64,000 bases of DNA from Lytechinus pictus (Eukaryota): the NCBI RefSeq assembly GCF_037042905.1, contig NC_087253.1, positions 11,966,001 to 12,030,000 of the forward strand. The letters are read 5' to 3'. The position numbers were made by a program, and so were the translations under genes. Below the pieces are notes generated by a model. The model searched no databases and was not told the origin of the DNA. It worked only from the letters and a program-made list of their open reading frames with translations. Shown here in pieces: positions 1 through 12,659 of the stretch. Every line of letters begins with the position of its first letter. Within the stretch, counting starts at the first letter, position 1.

Positions 1-89
1 CTCTGCATCTAAACATCTTGGATAAAGGTTTCTTGTGCTGTGTACTTTCTTCGACAAAAGTGTATCAAATTTAAGTAATTGGATCTAGT

Positions 90-781
90 GGGTGCATCAT
101 AAAGCTGTTCGTAAGTTAAGAGCGACTTTAAGAACGACTGGTGAACCTTTCTTACGCGCGTAACCATCGCCAATGAATATGCCATTTACCACAATAAAGG
201 ATCACCAGTCGTTCTTAAAGTCACTCTTAACTTACGAACAGCTTTATGAAACGGCCCCCTGGGTAATATACGTTGAGCATGATGAAAGCAGGTCTATTGC
301 CTCGAAATGAGCAGTTGGACTTTTATGTAATTGGTATAATACTTGGGGCCCGTAACACAAAATTTATCAATGATTGTAGAACATTTTTCTACGGTTGATT
401 CCATTGACTACAATGCACAATCCATCGTGAAAATCAAGCTTATGATCAATCGCTAACCTTTGTGTTACGGGACCCTGGTGGTCTAATTGCCACTTGGTCT
501 AATTTAGTCTGCTGTACAGATGGTCGAATTTCCATTTCGTCTACTTACCTTCTCACACTTTCTCACTTGATCTGGTTCATGCACAGTTCCTCTCATCACA
601 CACTGGTCACATGATTAGACCAGGGCTCCGTAACACAAAGGCTTGCAATCAATCACTTAATACCAATGACCAATCAAGATCGTCGTTGCACGCGCACTCT
701 GTTTAAAATACCGACCGAGAACAAATCGGTGCGGTTCTTTCATACTTGAAATTCATCGCAAACCTTTGTGTTACGGAGCCC
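90..781. mobile_element. Cluster of three short CWG-targeting Harbinger-type MITEs (~90-259, ~346-476, 624-780) downstream of the UGT gene
   Basis: TIR pairs: CATAAAGCTGTTCGTAAGTTAAGAG/CTCTTAACTTACGAACAGCTTTATG; GGGCCCGTAACACAAA/TTTGTGTTACGGGACCC; GGCTCCGTAACACAAAGG/CCTTTGTGTTACGGAGCC with CAG TSD. Other copies at ~36695-36850, ~39852-40009, ~43320-43655, ~47176-47305 and ~50600-50758. Confidence 0.8.
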
Positions 782-1024
782 AGGTGAATATTAGATGTAA
801 TATAGCCTAATTGCACCTAATACAAAATGGTGAATAGACCAAATAGTTAGTAGACGAACTGTTCGAACTAGGATCAAACCACTAGGCCTGAAACCAAAGG
901 GACGTGAAGTAAAGTGTACCAAGTACCAATTTACCCATATACAGTTGCTCGTATAGATATTGCCTTCGATCATTAAGATAATTTAGGAAGTAAAACTGTG
1001 TTCATAGGTCTACATCCTGAATTC

Positions 1025-4000
1025 TTAGTCTTTCTTCGATTTTGTGTTTCTTCTTGCGCACAACCGGCAACAGCAGCTGCACACGACCCACCTCACGGTG
1101 AAGATCACTGTCAAGAACACCAACAATAAAAAGACTACAACGTCGATAGATTCTCGCTGGAGAAAGTTAAGTTCTAAAGCTCTGGATCGGAGATGGCCAC
1201 CGCCGAATTTCAAGACGTGTTCGACCCAGTAGACTACCGTCTCTTGAGGCGCGGCAAGTTGATCTTTCATGATTGCGGATGCACGTGCTGCGTTGGTCCG
1301 ATATCTGAAAAGAAAATAAGATGAGGCTGAAAGTGATTATAGGAGTTTTCGAGTTAGGCGATTCAAACATCCTAGCTCACTCATGGTCTGCTCTTGCTGA
1401 TGTGTAAACTGCGCTGAATGGTTTCGGTTCTGGATTTAAAAAAATATATAATGGAGATGACCCAATCACAAAAATGCGTATATATGCAGCTTAAGATATA
1501 ATCGAAGATATGCAAACACAATCCCAACACCTAGACATTTTTGTTCCTGTGCCAACTACCCTCATTCCCAACCCTAGCGGCCAATATGCCGTCGACGTTT
1601 AGGCTTCGGCCCATTTATATTTCCTTTCTCATTTTTATCATAGCCTCTGAAAAGAACTTTTTAAACATATGCTGAATGCTGCATGTGGACTGCCAATTGA
1701 GATTGCCAAGTGTCTATTCACGCGCGAAGCGCGCCGTGAAAAAATCCATCCTCTACCAAAATCTACTTACTATTTATTGGGGCGAAGATGCGTTTGACCA
1801 TCCAAAAGGGAGCTGTCCCCTGCCCCCGGTCTTTTATGGCACCCTCAGCTGTTATTGCTAAATGCCACAGTCATTGAACTTGCGTCGGAAGAAACAAATA
1901 GGCTCTAATTAAAGGAATTCATAATTACTTAGGGTTGGTGAGGATATCGTTGACAGCCTCCCTGAATTCCTCTTCGGTTAAAGTATTCTTATCAACGGCC
2001 CGTCCGAATCCCTTGGTTTCTACTCTGGCTGCATTTCCCATCTGGTCAGCTGCCAGCGGCATGAGGAGGAGAGGGACGCCGTGGGTTGTGGCTTCATAAA
2101 CACCCGCCGCTCCGCCGTGGTAGATCATCATCCTCGCTTTAGGGTGCCCTGTTTTATAAGTTTAATTGTTCGGAGTTGTTATTTCCCCGGCTTGAGAAGT
2201 TATAGTACGCACAGTCTATAACAGTCAAAGCTATCTAAAGAAGATGTTGACGTAGGTCTATAAAAAGGTCTGTAACTCTTTAAGACAAAGCTAATGTGCC
2301 CTACCATGAGGTTTATTTTATTATTTTTCAAATTATCATTATTATTTATACACCACAGGCCCAACGCATATTTTTTTCTTGGGGGCGAGAGGGGTAAACA
2401 TCTTTTAAAAAAATGAAAGTGAAGAAGCGAAGCGAGTACCAACTTGTCATGGGAGCGTTTTGCATTTTCTAAACTGAAATTGAAAGATTTTGTGAACACT
2501 TTTAGTGAATCGTTTATTTTGGTGAATCTTTTGAAAATTTTCAGTAAAGATGATGTAATTTTTTTCACAATTTCGGGGGATCTACCCCCCCCCCCCCGCT
2601 GCGTAGGCCTACGGCCATGCCACAGTAGTGAAACAGTATAATCATTTAAATTAGGGAGAATGAGGATGACAAAATATATTGGAATCAGCTATGTCTTTTG
2701 TCCGATTCCATTCAATTACAAAGTAAAAAAAAAAAAAAAAGTATAATGAATAGTCAACTTTGTCAATCTAATAGCCGATTTTTCCCCCTTCAAGAAATAA
2801 TATCTATTTCCAATATATCTTTAATATAATCAATGATTTATGACGGTGTTAATTTAACACCAGCCTGGTATCTATATCGGTCCACACCAGAGAGGTGCTG
2901 AAGCAACTCCAGTTAAGAATCAAACTGATAATGGTTTAACACTAATTGATGTTGCTTAAAGGTCAAGTCCACCCCAGAAAAAAGTTGATTTAAATAAATA
3001 GAGAAAAATCAAACATGAATAACGCTGAAAACTTCATCAAAATCGGATGTAAAATAAGAAAGTTATGACATTTTAAAGTTCCGCTTATTTTTCACAAAAT
3101 AGTTATATGCTCAACTCAGTGAATGCAAATGAGAGAGTCGATGATGTCACTCACTCACTATTTTTTTTTTTTTTTTATTGTTTGAATTATACAATATTTC
3201 AATTTTTACAAATTTGACAATTAGGACCCCCTTGCTTGAACCACAAAATGTTAAAATAATGGAATTCCATGTGTTCAGGGAGGAATTAAACTTTGTTTCA
3301 CATGACAGTGACGAGAAAATCAAAATATTTCATATTTCATATAATAAAATACAAAAGAAATAGTGAGTGGGTGATGTCATCAGTTCCCTCATTTGCATAC
3401 TGAACAGGGTGTGCATATAACTGTTTTGTGAAATTAAGCGAAACTTTAAAATGTCATAACTTTCTTATTTTACATCCGATTTTGATGAAATTTTCAGTGT
3501 TATGCTTGTTTGATTTTTCTCTTTCTATTCAAATCAGTTTTTTGTTGGGGTGGACTTGTCCTTTAATGCCATATTGGTGTTAGCCTAACGCCAAACCGCT
3601 GGGTTTTTTTTTCAATACCTCTCTGTTGTGGACCGATACAGATTTCAAGCTGGTGTTAATTTAACACCGGCGTTTTTGCAGTGTACCTAGCAAATCATTC
3701 TGTGGTAGCCAATCAGATATGAGTGTATTATTTCCCACGTTGTCAGGTCTTCTTCCTTTATATCGCCACAGCACCCTCTGCGGTAGCTCGCTGAAAACCT
3801 TCGCGATCGATTCGGCCAACCCCTCGTTCTGGAGTGACGTCACAGCCGAACCCTGTAAGGAAGTCAAGTTGAAATTGAACTATTCAAATGGCAAAAAAAA
3901 TTATTTGATATCAATAACAATTTCTTTATATATTGGAGTAAAAAAAAAGAAGAAAACAAAACGATTTGATTTACTTACGTGTTATGGTTTGGGCCTATAC

Positions 4001-7000
4001 TGTCAACTGATCGGGTATGCCACGTCCACCGACAAAAGTTTCTTGGTAAATGAGGCAAATGTGTCGTTTTTACGGTGGAAATATATAAAGCTATGCTTTT
4101 GAAACGACTATAAATCAGGGGCTTGAGAGCTATGTGACTCCATTCCATTAGCATCATGTAGAGCATGCAGAAAACATCCCAAATCAAGAAAAATATCAAT
4201 TTTATTTGTTTATTTTATTTATTTATTTATTCATTGATTTACTTATATGTTTGTTTATTTATTTACCCAGGGTGGGCTCCTTAGAACAAGTGCTTTTGAA
4301 AATAATTAGTGTTGATTCCTTTTGTCGGTGAATTGCAGAATTGTTTATTATTATTTTAAACATAATTAAAAAAAAAAGTATACAACAATATCTAATGTCT
4401 ATTAGGAACATGCCTCTCTCATACTAACCATGCTAATCATTAGATACTTAGCGATAGTGTCTATAGAGTACCGAATCGATGACGTCAGTTGTCATGGTGT
4501 CATGGCGGCCTGATTCTAAACAAATGAACCCGCCGAATGAAAGCGTGTGTTTCTCATAGGAAAAAATGGCTGATATCGGAATTTGATCGCTTGCAACCTA
4601 TTTCACGGACGAACAAAAGTCATTTGCAAATACAAATGTGTATAGACGATCGTCAGATGCGACTCTGTTTAGAACCCGCCCGTCATGACACCATGGCAAC
4701 TGACGTAACACTTCAGTACTCTATTCTACATTCTGAAGAGTTTGATTAATTTAGAATTATGTAGTGTGTATCAAAACAAGCATTACTAACCAGCGTGAAA
4801 ATAATGAATCCATGTTCTCCAGAACCTTCCACGAATTCTTCCAAATTCTGAAACATTAAACAAAACCAGAAGAATCCCTTAGATGTGTTGCCAGATGATT
4901 GTAATAATTCGATTATTGATGATTTTTTTTAAAGGTCCTATCATTAATAAAAAAAATTAAGAAGGCATTCACAGTACGACAATTTGCACAATCGCACTGG
5001 AAGCTATTCTGGTAGGGTCGTAAACAACCCATTACATGGGTTCATCGTTTGGGAAGTGGGTGCTCATGTCATACATTTTCAACTGCGCGAAGCGCCTTTT
5101 TTATGTTAGAATTTCTGGGATACTCGAAAGCGAGGAACAAAGAGATCGAGTTTATCATGATAGCACTTTTGATATTTTCAATTATGAAAATTAAGTCATA
5201 GGTACAAAATTTAGGTAATTTGGTATAATTTTTTACCAAAAAGTGTAGATCCCAAAGCATCACCACCTTCCCCTCTGCCCACTGCCGGCTCTAGTTTCAT
5301 ACGAAGTGTAACTTTTGTAGGGGAGGGGCGCGATCGAACGAAATTCTGGGCGATGTGCAATATTCCATCGGAGATGGTGCTATTTCGTGCATCAACAAAA
5401 TGTAAAATTTAGTGAAATACATGACGTTGCCCTGAAGACACGGAAAGGCGAATAGACGGGATTTAATTCACATTAATTACAAATATGTATTACTTCAATG
5501 TCAAAGTTATACAGCAATCATTATGAAGTTCAACGTACGTGGCAATTGAAAAAAAAATACCTTGGATAATCCGGGCTATGCTGGTTTTGCGGTTATACCC
5601 GGCCCAATACGTATCCAGTTTGGAGCAGTGGGTTGGGCGAAATCCAGTACGAAATTCGAGTAAATTAATGAGAGCTAATTCTACTTGGCCACACACTTGG
5701 CATAAAGGCAAATCTGGACGTATATTAAGCTTTTTAATTTTGATCGATTTTATATGGCGGGTTATGGCGTATTCAAGGAGGCTGTTCACACCGCAAGGGG
5801 GGACCGTGGGCGGACCGTGGATCGCGCTATCGTAGCGCGATCCACGGTCCGCCCATTGGCATTCGCCGGATTCACACCGCAGTGAGATAGCGCGGTCTAT
5901 CGTAGCACCCCCTTTTTTGAGAGGTCCTGTTGCCATGACGCATTACTTACTATATTTCTATTTTCACGATGTTCCGACGCGTTTTACCCCATAAAATTAG
6001 GAGTGTTGAGTTGTACCGATTCAGATTCAGATCGCACCAAAATAGAATGAGTATAAAATTCCCCGCGTGTAGATGACTTCCGGCGTGCTATCGTAGCTCG
6101 GGTTCACACCGGCAGAGATAGCGCGATCTAGCGCGCGCTAGACCGCGCTATCTCTCGTGGACCACCCCCAAGAGGTGCTCCAGTGGCACGCCGTTTTGGC
6201 TCGCCGTGGCTCGCTGTTGGGCGGACCGAAACGACGTTGTACCTTCCACACCGCAGAGATCTCTGCCGGTCTGAACAGGCTCAAGAAGAGAATGTGATGA
6301 AACGTAGGAAATTGTTTTGAAGTTAGTCTTTCCGGAAATGACATCATGTCAGTGGAGGTTGTAAACAGACTGAAGAGAACTTACGAGGACGGGATGGGTA
6401 TTCCAAAGTGATCTTCTGTTACGACGAAAGACCTACGGGATGGGCTGACAACATTGAACGGAACGCCAAATTATTCTGCAAGAAGACAGTCACAACCCAT
6501 AACAGGCAATGTCAAGATCAAGTCAAAGTTTTCCCTCTTTAAGTAATCCAATCATGGGCGGAAATCCCAGGGGGGACAGGGGGGACGTGTCCCCCCTACT
6601 CAAAATAGTAGGGGGGACACAATATCAAATGTCCCCCCTACTATTTCTGGTCTTTTATGATGGTAAGAAATTCATCATTCAAAATCGAAATAAAACATGT
6701 ATTTTAGGACGAGATGACCTTAATTTTTGGATGATAATTAACCTCCTTTTTTTTTTTTTTTTTTTTTGCTTGTCAAATTTATTTTCGTCGAAATGACCTG
6801 AAATTTGGGGTGATAACCTTTTCTTTTTTTTTTGCTTGTCAAATTTTCCAGCCCCTTGTCCCCCCTACCTTTTGGGAGAGATTTCCGCCCATGAATCCAA
6901 TGTTTCCTGGTCTTTAAACCGTGAGGTAATACAGCCTTCGGATCAAAACTGTAGCCTTTCAGATACCTTATGGACTTTCTCAAGGACTGTTAGTCTTTTG

Positions 7001-9613
7001 TCATTCATGAGAAGGGTAACGACTCCGTTTTCGACTTCTAGATCCTCTCTGGGACGTGAGCTCTGGAAGAAGATGCGATACGTTACTGCTTCTGATGATA
7101 TCCCTTTGATGATCTTGTTCTCAGGTGCAAGGAGGACGACCTGGGGAGCGTTTCATGAAAGGACTTGTCGGACGTTTTATCCGACAAGTCCCACTTTATC
7201 CGACAGTTACCAAAGTAACAGTGCTTCTTAGCCAATCAGAATCAAGGAAAGATGTCAGATCTGACAACTTGTCGGACGGAAATGTTGATGAAACACTCCC
7301 CTGGTGTCGTTTTGCTACGAGAGGTTCAGCCACAGAAGACATCATCACATGTCTGTTCGTAGGGGTGTAGAATGTGGTCATGGCGAGCAAGATCTTTGCT
7401 CCACCGACTTGCCATCAGAGGGAACACCAAAACTACAAGCACGACAAGCGGTGTTAATGATTTTCCCAACCGGGCCATCACTCCGATATGGCAGCAATGT
7501 AGTCGCGTTATTTTAACCAAAACATAGGCCTACTGTATGGGATTTCGCCGGGCCATATAAATATAAGATATTTATACATGACTCTGATTAGGATTATCAG
7601 GGACGATAAATAAATAGATATACTTAGACCAATTATTATTATTGGAGCGTTGTGGCACAATGGATTAGTCTTCTGACTTTGAAACAGGGGGCCGTGGGTT
7701 CGAATCCCAGCCAAGGCGTAATTTCATTCAGCCAGAATTTGTCCACATTGTGCTGCACTCAATCCAGGTTAGGTGAATGGGTACCCGGCAGGATTAATTC
7801 CTTGAAGGTACTGAGCGCTGAAAGGCAGCTCGAGCTAAAGCCGGGGTAATAAGATAATGATAAACAATGCGCCTCGGAATAGATTATTTCTAGATAGATG
7901 GCGCTATATAAATGCCTATTATCATTATATCATTATTATTATTATGTAAACACACAAGTAATGATTGTTGACCCACAACATTTAAAGAGAGCAATGAGCA
8001 CAAACGGGCGCGCTACAGCGAGTGGTGGGGGGTCAGGGGTGACTGCCCACGAGTCTGTATCAAGAAGTGGGAAAAAAAGAATTAGAATAGATGAAGCAAA
8101 AGAGGAAGAAAATTGAAGAAAGAAATAGGAAGAGCATTTAATAAGAGAGGTATAATTTGTGTTAACTCTATCCTGTTATCGAAATTAGAAAAAAAAAAAC
8201 AGATCGCCCCTACCCCTTCCATGAAAATACACTGGCATGAGAGCAATGGAAAGATTTCAAAGTTCATTTCCCGTGTTAATGGTCTTACGGAAGGCGGATT
8301 TGGATCGTTGCTAATGCTGATCTAAGTTACGAACGACTTTACATACGCCATGTACGTGACTGGCTCTTTGGTGCCACCTGAGAATCTCAGTCATCATTTA
8401 AATTCCCTACAGTTAATTTTAATTTCGATCTTTGCCTATTAAAAGTAGTGTTTTAAAATTTGACGAGGGCAATAATGGTAATATAAGTAGCTACTTCGTC
8501 ATACCACTACATTAAAACAAGAAAGTTTTGCGCATATCAAACATAGCATTTCCCAGTCGTTAGTATGCGTTAGGTTGTGCTTAATGATCCCCATCCTGAT
8601 TGTGAAACTATTAAGTATATCGTTACTTTCGAAAATAAGAAAGAAAGGGAAGATTAATCAAACTTAATACTCTCATTATGGCATTGCCACATAACTCCCC
8701 TACCAAGATGCATGACACGCCCCACGTTGCTTACATTAGTGAGTGGCTGAGAAGGCTTAGCCGTGATGCCACCAATGGGTATCCAGTTGGGTGCCAGGGG
8801 CTGAGGGTAGTCCAAGGCGAAACTTAAATAAACGAACGCCAACTCTGCCCGACCCATAAGCTGACGCAGGGTAAGATCTGGACGGATGTTCATTTGTTTC
8901 TTGATTTCCCTTAATCGGTAAGTAGTGATGAACTCTATCAGGGGCTGGGCGACGAAGCGGATGAGAATGTTCTGAAGGCGGTCTTTGAAGGGCATTCTAT
9001 CGGATTGTGTGAAGGAGGAGATGATGCTGAATGGAACGTAGGACGAAGGGACTGGAATTCCAAAGTGATCTTCAGTGACGACCAACGATCTTCTTGCTGG
9101 GCTAATCAAAATGAAAGGGATTTTAAGGTATTCCGCCAGAAGGGCATCACAACCCACAATAGGCATGGTGAGAATCAGATCAAAGTTCGCCTTCTTGAGG
9201 CTGTCCAAGGTTGCATGGTCTTCGAAGAGGTTGGAACATCCTTCTCCAAGCAGATGTAAATGCTGCCTGAAGAGCTGGAAGACTGCGATGGGATTGCTCT
9301 GGCTGAGTCGATGTTGCACTCCTGTGAGATTGTTCATGAACTCCTCGTGTTCTGCCTTGGTCCTGGAGCTTTCGAAGAAGATCTTGTCGGTAACAGCTCC
9401 AGAGGACAAGCCTTTTGTTATTTTGTTTTTAGGGGCGAGCAGAACTACCTGGTGACCTGCTTCAACCAGAGGTTCTGTGACAGCGGACATGACGATGTGT
9501 TGACTTGGAGTATTGATAACAGAAGACATTGCACATAGAATTTTTGCTCCCAAAGAAGGTGACATGGAAGCAACCAAGCTAACCATCAACATTAAACCTC
9601 GTTGGATATTCAT
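1025..9613 (-). CDS. UDP-glucuronosyltransferase (animal UGT, GT1 family), 5 coding exons, ~533 aa
   Basis: Exons (minus): 9613-8735, 4847-4791, 3852-3687, 2148-1929, 1304-1025. All introns are GT-AG and phases (0,0,1,2) join into one 1602-nt frame. Protein has a signal peptide (MNIQRGLMLMVSLVASMSPSLGAKIL), the UGT signature [48 protein letters not shown], the VYWVEHVL motif, a C-terminal TM helix and a KSKKD dilysine ER-retrieval tail. Confidence 0.93.
2960..3562. mobile_element. Kolobok-like (TTAA TSD) non-autonomous DNA transposon
   Basis: TTAA|AGGTCAAGTCCACCCC...GGGGTGGACTTGTCCT|TTAA with long internal inverted repeats; nested in an older GGTGTTAATTTAACACC-bounded element (~2845-3680). 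Confidence 0.85.
5778..6282. mobile_element. Harbinger-like MITE in the UGT pseudo-exon
   Basis: TIR GAGGCTGTTCACACCG...CGGTCTGAACAGGCTC; 3-bp TSD AAG. Removing it restores HSLLEYAITRH, colinear with QPLIEFITTYR of intact exon 1. Confidence 0.78.
6553..6893. mobile_element. hAT-type MITE in the UGT pseudo-exon
   Basis: TIR CATGGGCGGAAATC...GATTTCCGCCCATG; perfect 8-bp TSD AATCCAAT (6545-6552 / 6894-6901). Confidence 0.9.
7144..7300. mobile_element. PIF/Harbinger-type MITE (GGGAGCGTTTCAT family), CTG TSD
   Basis: TIR GGGAGCGTTTCAT...ATGAAACACTCCC flanked by CTG on both sides; it interrupts the ...KRH|QVVLL... codons of the pseudo-exon. Relatives at 53010-53147, 53151-53307, ~35173-35315, ~27280-27415 and ~44868-44995. 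Confidence 0.85.
7644..7945 (+). mobile_element. tRNA-derived SINE with a Deu-domain-like core
   Basis: Head with A box TGGCACAATGG, TTG anticodon-like loop and B box GGTTCGAATCC; core CACTCAATCCAGG...AATGGGTACC; L2-like tail GCGCTATATAAATGC followed by (ATT)n. Confidence 0.85.
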
Positions 9614-10113
9614 GGTTTCACGTGTATATGTTTTCAGCAGTTATCATAAGCATTCCATCTTCACCCGATCATTGGGTTCCCGATATAGGATTAATAGGCG
9701 AGATAGAGGACCCTAAAGGGCAGACTCCTGATGTAGACTTAATAAACCCTCATTTTTTTTCTGAACACGAGAAATAGCACGTAGCCTATTTAGTTTCCAG
9801 GCGGAGATGGTGATGATGTACAAATCACAGAAAGAATATACGATTAAAAAATGTATAAGTACAAAGTTCAAGTCGGTGTAAACGTCAACATTTTGCTTAG
9901 CACGAGGGCAAATCTGTTCGATATCATGTTTCCGTAGCCGTAGGCCTATGATCTGATATGGCAAGGTCCGATCTGTTTTTTTTTAGCGAACTTTGACTCG
10001 AATCAATATAAGGATGTGTGTTTACACTATACAGTTTCCTGTAAGCGATGCAGATGACCTAAATCTGAACAGCGAGTTTCAATCTGATGATAAACACAAT
10101 AGCAGATCAAGGG

Positions 10114-11085
10114 CAGTGGCGTACCGTGGGTCACGGCATTGGGGGCACCAACAAAAAGTTTGAATCACTTAGTGAGCGCGCGAAGTGCGCTCAGTTGCCA
10201 TGTATACTGACCTAATAGAGACATTTTAAGGACAGTGCCATTAAACCATGTAAACGGATAGGTATCTTACTGAGCAAATAATGCGAGCGCGAAGTGCGGG
10301 CTGAAATTTTTGTATATACTAACCCCAAACAGGGACATTTTAAGGACTATAATTTAGGAATCCATTAAGAGTATACATATCTTACCATAGTCATCTAATG
10401 CAAGTGCCAAGCGCTTGCTGATTTTGTTAAAATTACATCTAAACACAAGAAGCACTTTTTGCAGTCATTGTAATCATGATTATCATACGCATCTCACTAA
10501 ATAAATATTGCGAGCGCGAAGCGCGAGCTGAAAATTTTAAGGCTTGTTTGTAGGAATTATTTTAAGACCATACGTATTTCACTAACCAAATGATGCGAGC
10601 GCGAAGCGCGAGCTGAAAATTTTTGATATTCAGATCAGAAAAAGGGAAATTTTAAGGACTGATTTTAGGAATTCATGAAGAGCAGATTATCTCACCAATT
10701 GCGAACGTAAGCACGGACAGGAAATATTTTATTTTAAGACCTTAAAATGGGGCAATCTCTTTAAGTAGTCAAGAGGTTTTAAGAGGTTTTTAAGAGGTTT
10801 TAATACAACAGGATTATATATCTTGTTTAACAGACAATGCGAGCACTCGAATGAAGACATAGGCCCTGAGCAAATTATGTTTCAGAAAGTTATGAAAAAA
10901 TGTTTATGTAATTTAACATACATCATTATAATATAATATAACATTATAATGAACAATAATTTTTCCTTTCCCACTACGTTTCTCTTCCTTTCTCCATCTT
11001 TTTCTCCTTTGCCCCGTTTATTTTTGCCAGCCGATTGGGGGCACGTGCCCCCATGACCCCCCCCCCCCCCGTAGTTACGCCACTT
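10114..11085. mobile_element. hAT-type non-autonomous element upstream of the UGT gene
   Basis: TIR CAGTGGCGTA...TACGCCACTT; perfect 8-bp TSD ATCAAGGG (10106-10113 / 11086-11093); internal GCGAGCGCGAAGCGCGAGCTGAAA repeats. Confidence 0.88.
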
Positions 11086-12022
11086 ATCAAGGGAGTGGGT
11101 GCACATCCGGACCAAGCCCCCCCCCCCCCTCCCCTTGAGCTTGAGGGTCATGTCATGAATAGGTAAGTGAAGACCTCTTTCTTTTGTCTTTTTCTGTTTT
11201 AATTGTCAAATTTTTCGTGACAAAGTCACCTCTATATTCGGGAGTGATCGAAACCTTTTTTTATTTTCATTTGTCTTTATTTATTTATCTATTTTTTTTT
11301 GCTGGTCAGATTTTTCTGAAATAATTGCTCCCCTTTTGAAAAATCCTATATCCCCCCCCCCCCTCTCGGGTAAACCTATAAATTTACTCATTTCGTGTTA
11401 TTTTGGGTTCAAATACATTAATGGTTCGTGATGACTAAACATTTTATTCTCTCAGGAATGGGTGTGAAATTACTTGTATATTGTTTATAAACTAAAGGTA
11501 CAATATAACCCATCTTCAAATTTTCGAGAAAATGACTATTCATTGATTTCTTTCATTCTTGATACATGTGAAGCTGCTCGGATGTGACGTCACAAATAAA
11601 AAAGAATGAAATTCTAACTTATAAAATCTTTGATGGATTTTCCTCAAACCTTCACCAATATTTTTTGTATTTTTCTGCTATTTTTACCATAAACTTTTTG
11701 TCAGGGTGAACTTCCCCTTCAAGCGCCTACGGATTATTGTGCCTGGTGGGAGGTGGATGGATGCAAAACTCATGTTATACCGAGGTATAACTCGGAGGGG
11801 GAGGGCTCATAGCCACATGTGTCCCAATAATTGAAATTCTTATTTATTTAATTAGCGACCGAGATAAGTATTCCGTTCTATAAACTGATAAGAATTAATG
11901 GTCAAGAACACTTAAGCATCAAGTTAAGAGTGTCCTACTTACAATCTACACTACAATTTTAGTTTTCCTAATTTCTGGGGGCAATTGCAGTTTGGGAGGG
12001 GGCAAATGATCTCATCTGCAAG

Positions 12023-12341
12023 CACTAGCGTACCTACGGGGGCAGTATGCCCCCCCTGACGAGCCACAACCCATGCAAAGGACGTATCCCTGCCCCCCTG
12101 ACGAGCTTGAAAGACCTTTTTTGCCCCCCCCCCCCTGACGAGCTTGAAGACCTTATTGCCCCCCCCCCCCCCCTGACGAGCTTGAAGCTCTTTTTTTTTT
12201 TTTTTTTTTTTTTGCTTGTTAATTTTTTTCGGGTACGAAAACCTTAATTTGTGATTGAAGACCTTTTTTTTTTTTTTTGCTTGTCAAATTTTTTGGCGGA
12301 CGGTTTTTCCCCCCCTGTGAAAAATCCTAGGTACGCCACTG
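12023..12341. mobile_element. hAT-type MITE
   Basis: TIR CACTAGCGTACCTA...TAGGTACGCCACTG; TSD TCTGCAAG/TCTGCAGG; internal CCCCTGACGAGC repeats. Confidence 0.8.
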
Positions 12342-12659
12342 TCTGCAGGGGCATCCCCCGGCCATGCCCCATTGGTCATTTTGGTGCCACGATTGGTTGG
12401 TTGGTGTTGGAGTTAAGTTGGCGCTCTTCAATCTGGTAGATTATCTGCGCCAGGTCGTTTCCGAGTTAGTTGCTTAATTCCCGCATCAATGTCCTCGACG
12501 TTAGACTAGTCTGACCTGTTATATAGCGAGGTGCAATATAATTATGATTAGTTACCACCACCATTAAATTGTGCGTTTTTGTACTTCATAGTATGCAAAC
12601 TTATATAAGAAGCTAGGTCGAAGCTCGATCAATTTTAGTAGTCTAAGAATTATCACTAA

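Larger units (their letters stand above)
5561..7478 (-). pseudogene. Degenerate second UGT first exon (pseudo-exon 1) inside intron 1 of the UGT gene
   Basis: Reads MARLGKSLTPLVVLVVLVFPLMAS / GAKILLAMTTFYTPTNRHVMMSSVAEPLVAKRH / QVVLLAPENKIIKGISSEAVT ... SPSRRSFVVTEDHFGIPIPSS* ... LNIRPDLPLCQVCGQVELA ... GITAKPA. It is colinear with intact exon 1 but has stops and frameshifts and is interrupted by three TE insertions (7144-7300, 6553-6893, 5778-6282). It ends at a donor-like AAG|GTATTT at 5561. Confidence 0.88.

Noticed and set aside
7644-7715. tRNA-Gln(TTG)-like sequence
   Set aside because: The acceptor stem is not intact and the sequence runs straight into a SINE body that recurs at 38935-39218 and ~45626-45810. 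It is a SINE head, not a tRNA gene.
9005-9538. Plus-strand ORFs overlapping UGT exon 1
   Set aside because: Antisense shadows of the real minus-strand coding exon.
11878-11895. TTCTTATCAGTTTA (minus) matching a stretch of U2 snRNA
   Set aside because: Only ~14 nt match and the flanks show no U2 similarity; probably chance.
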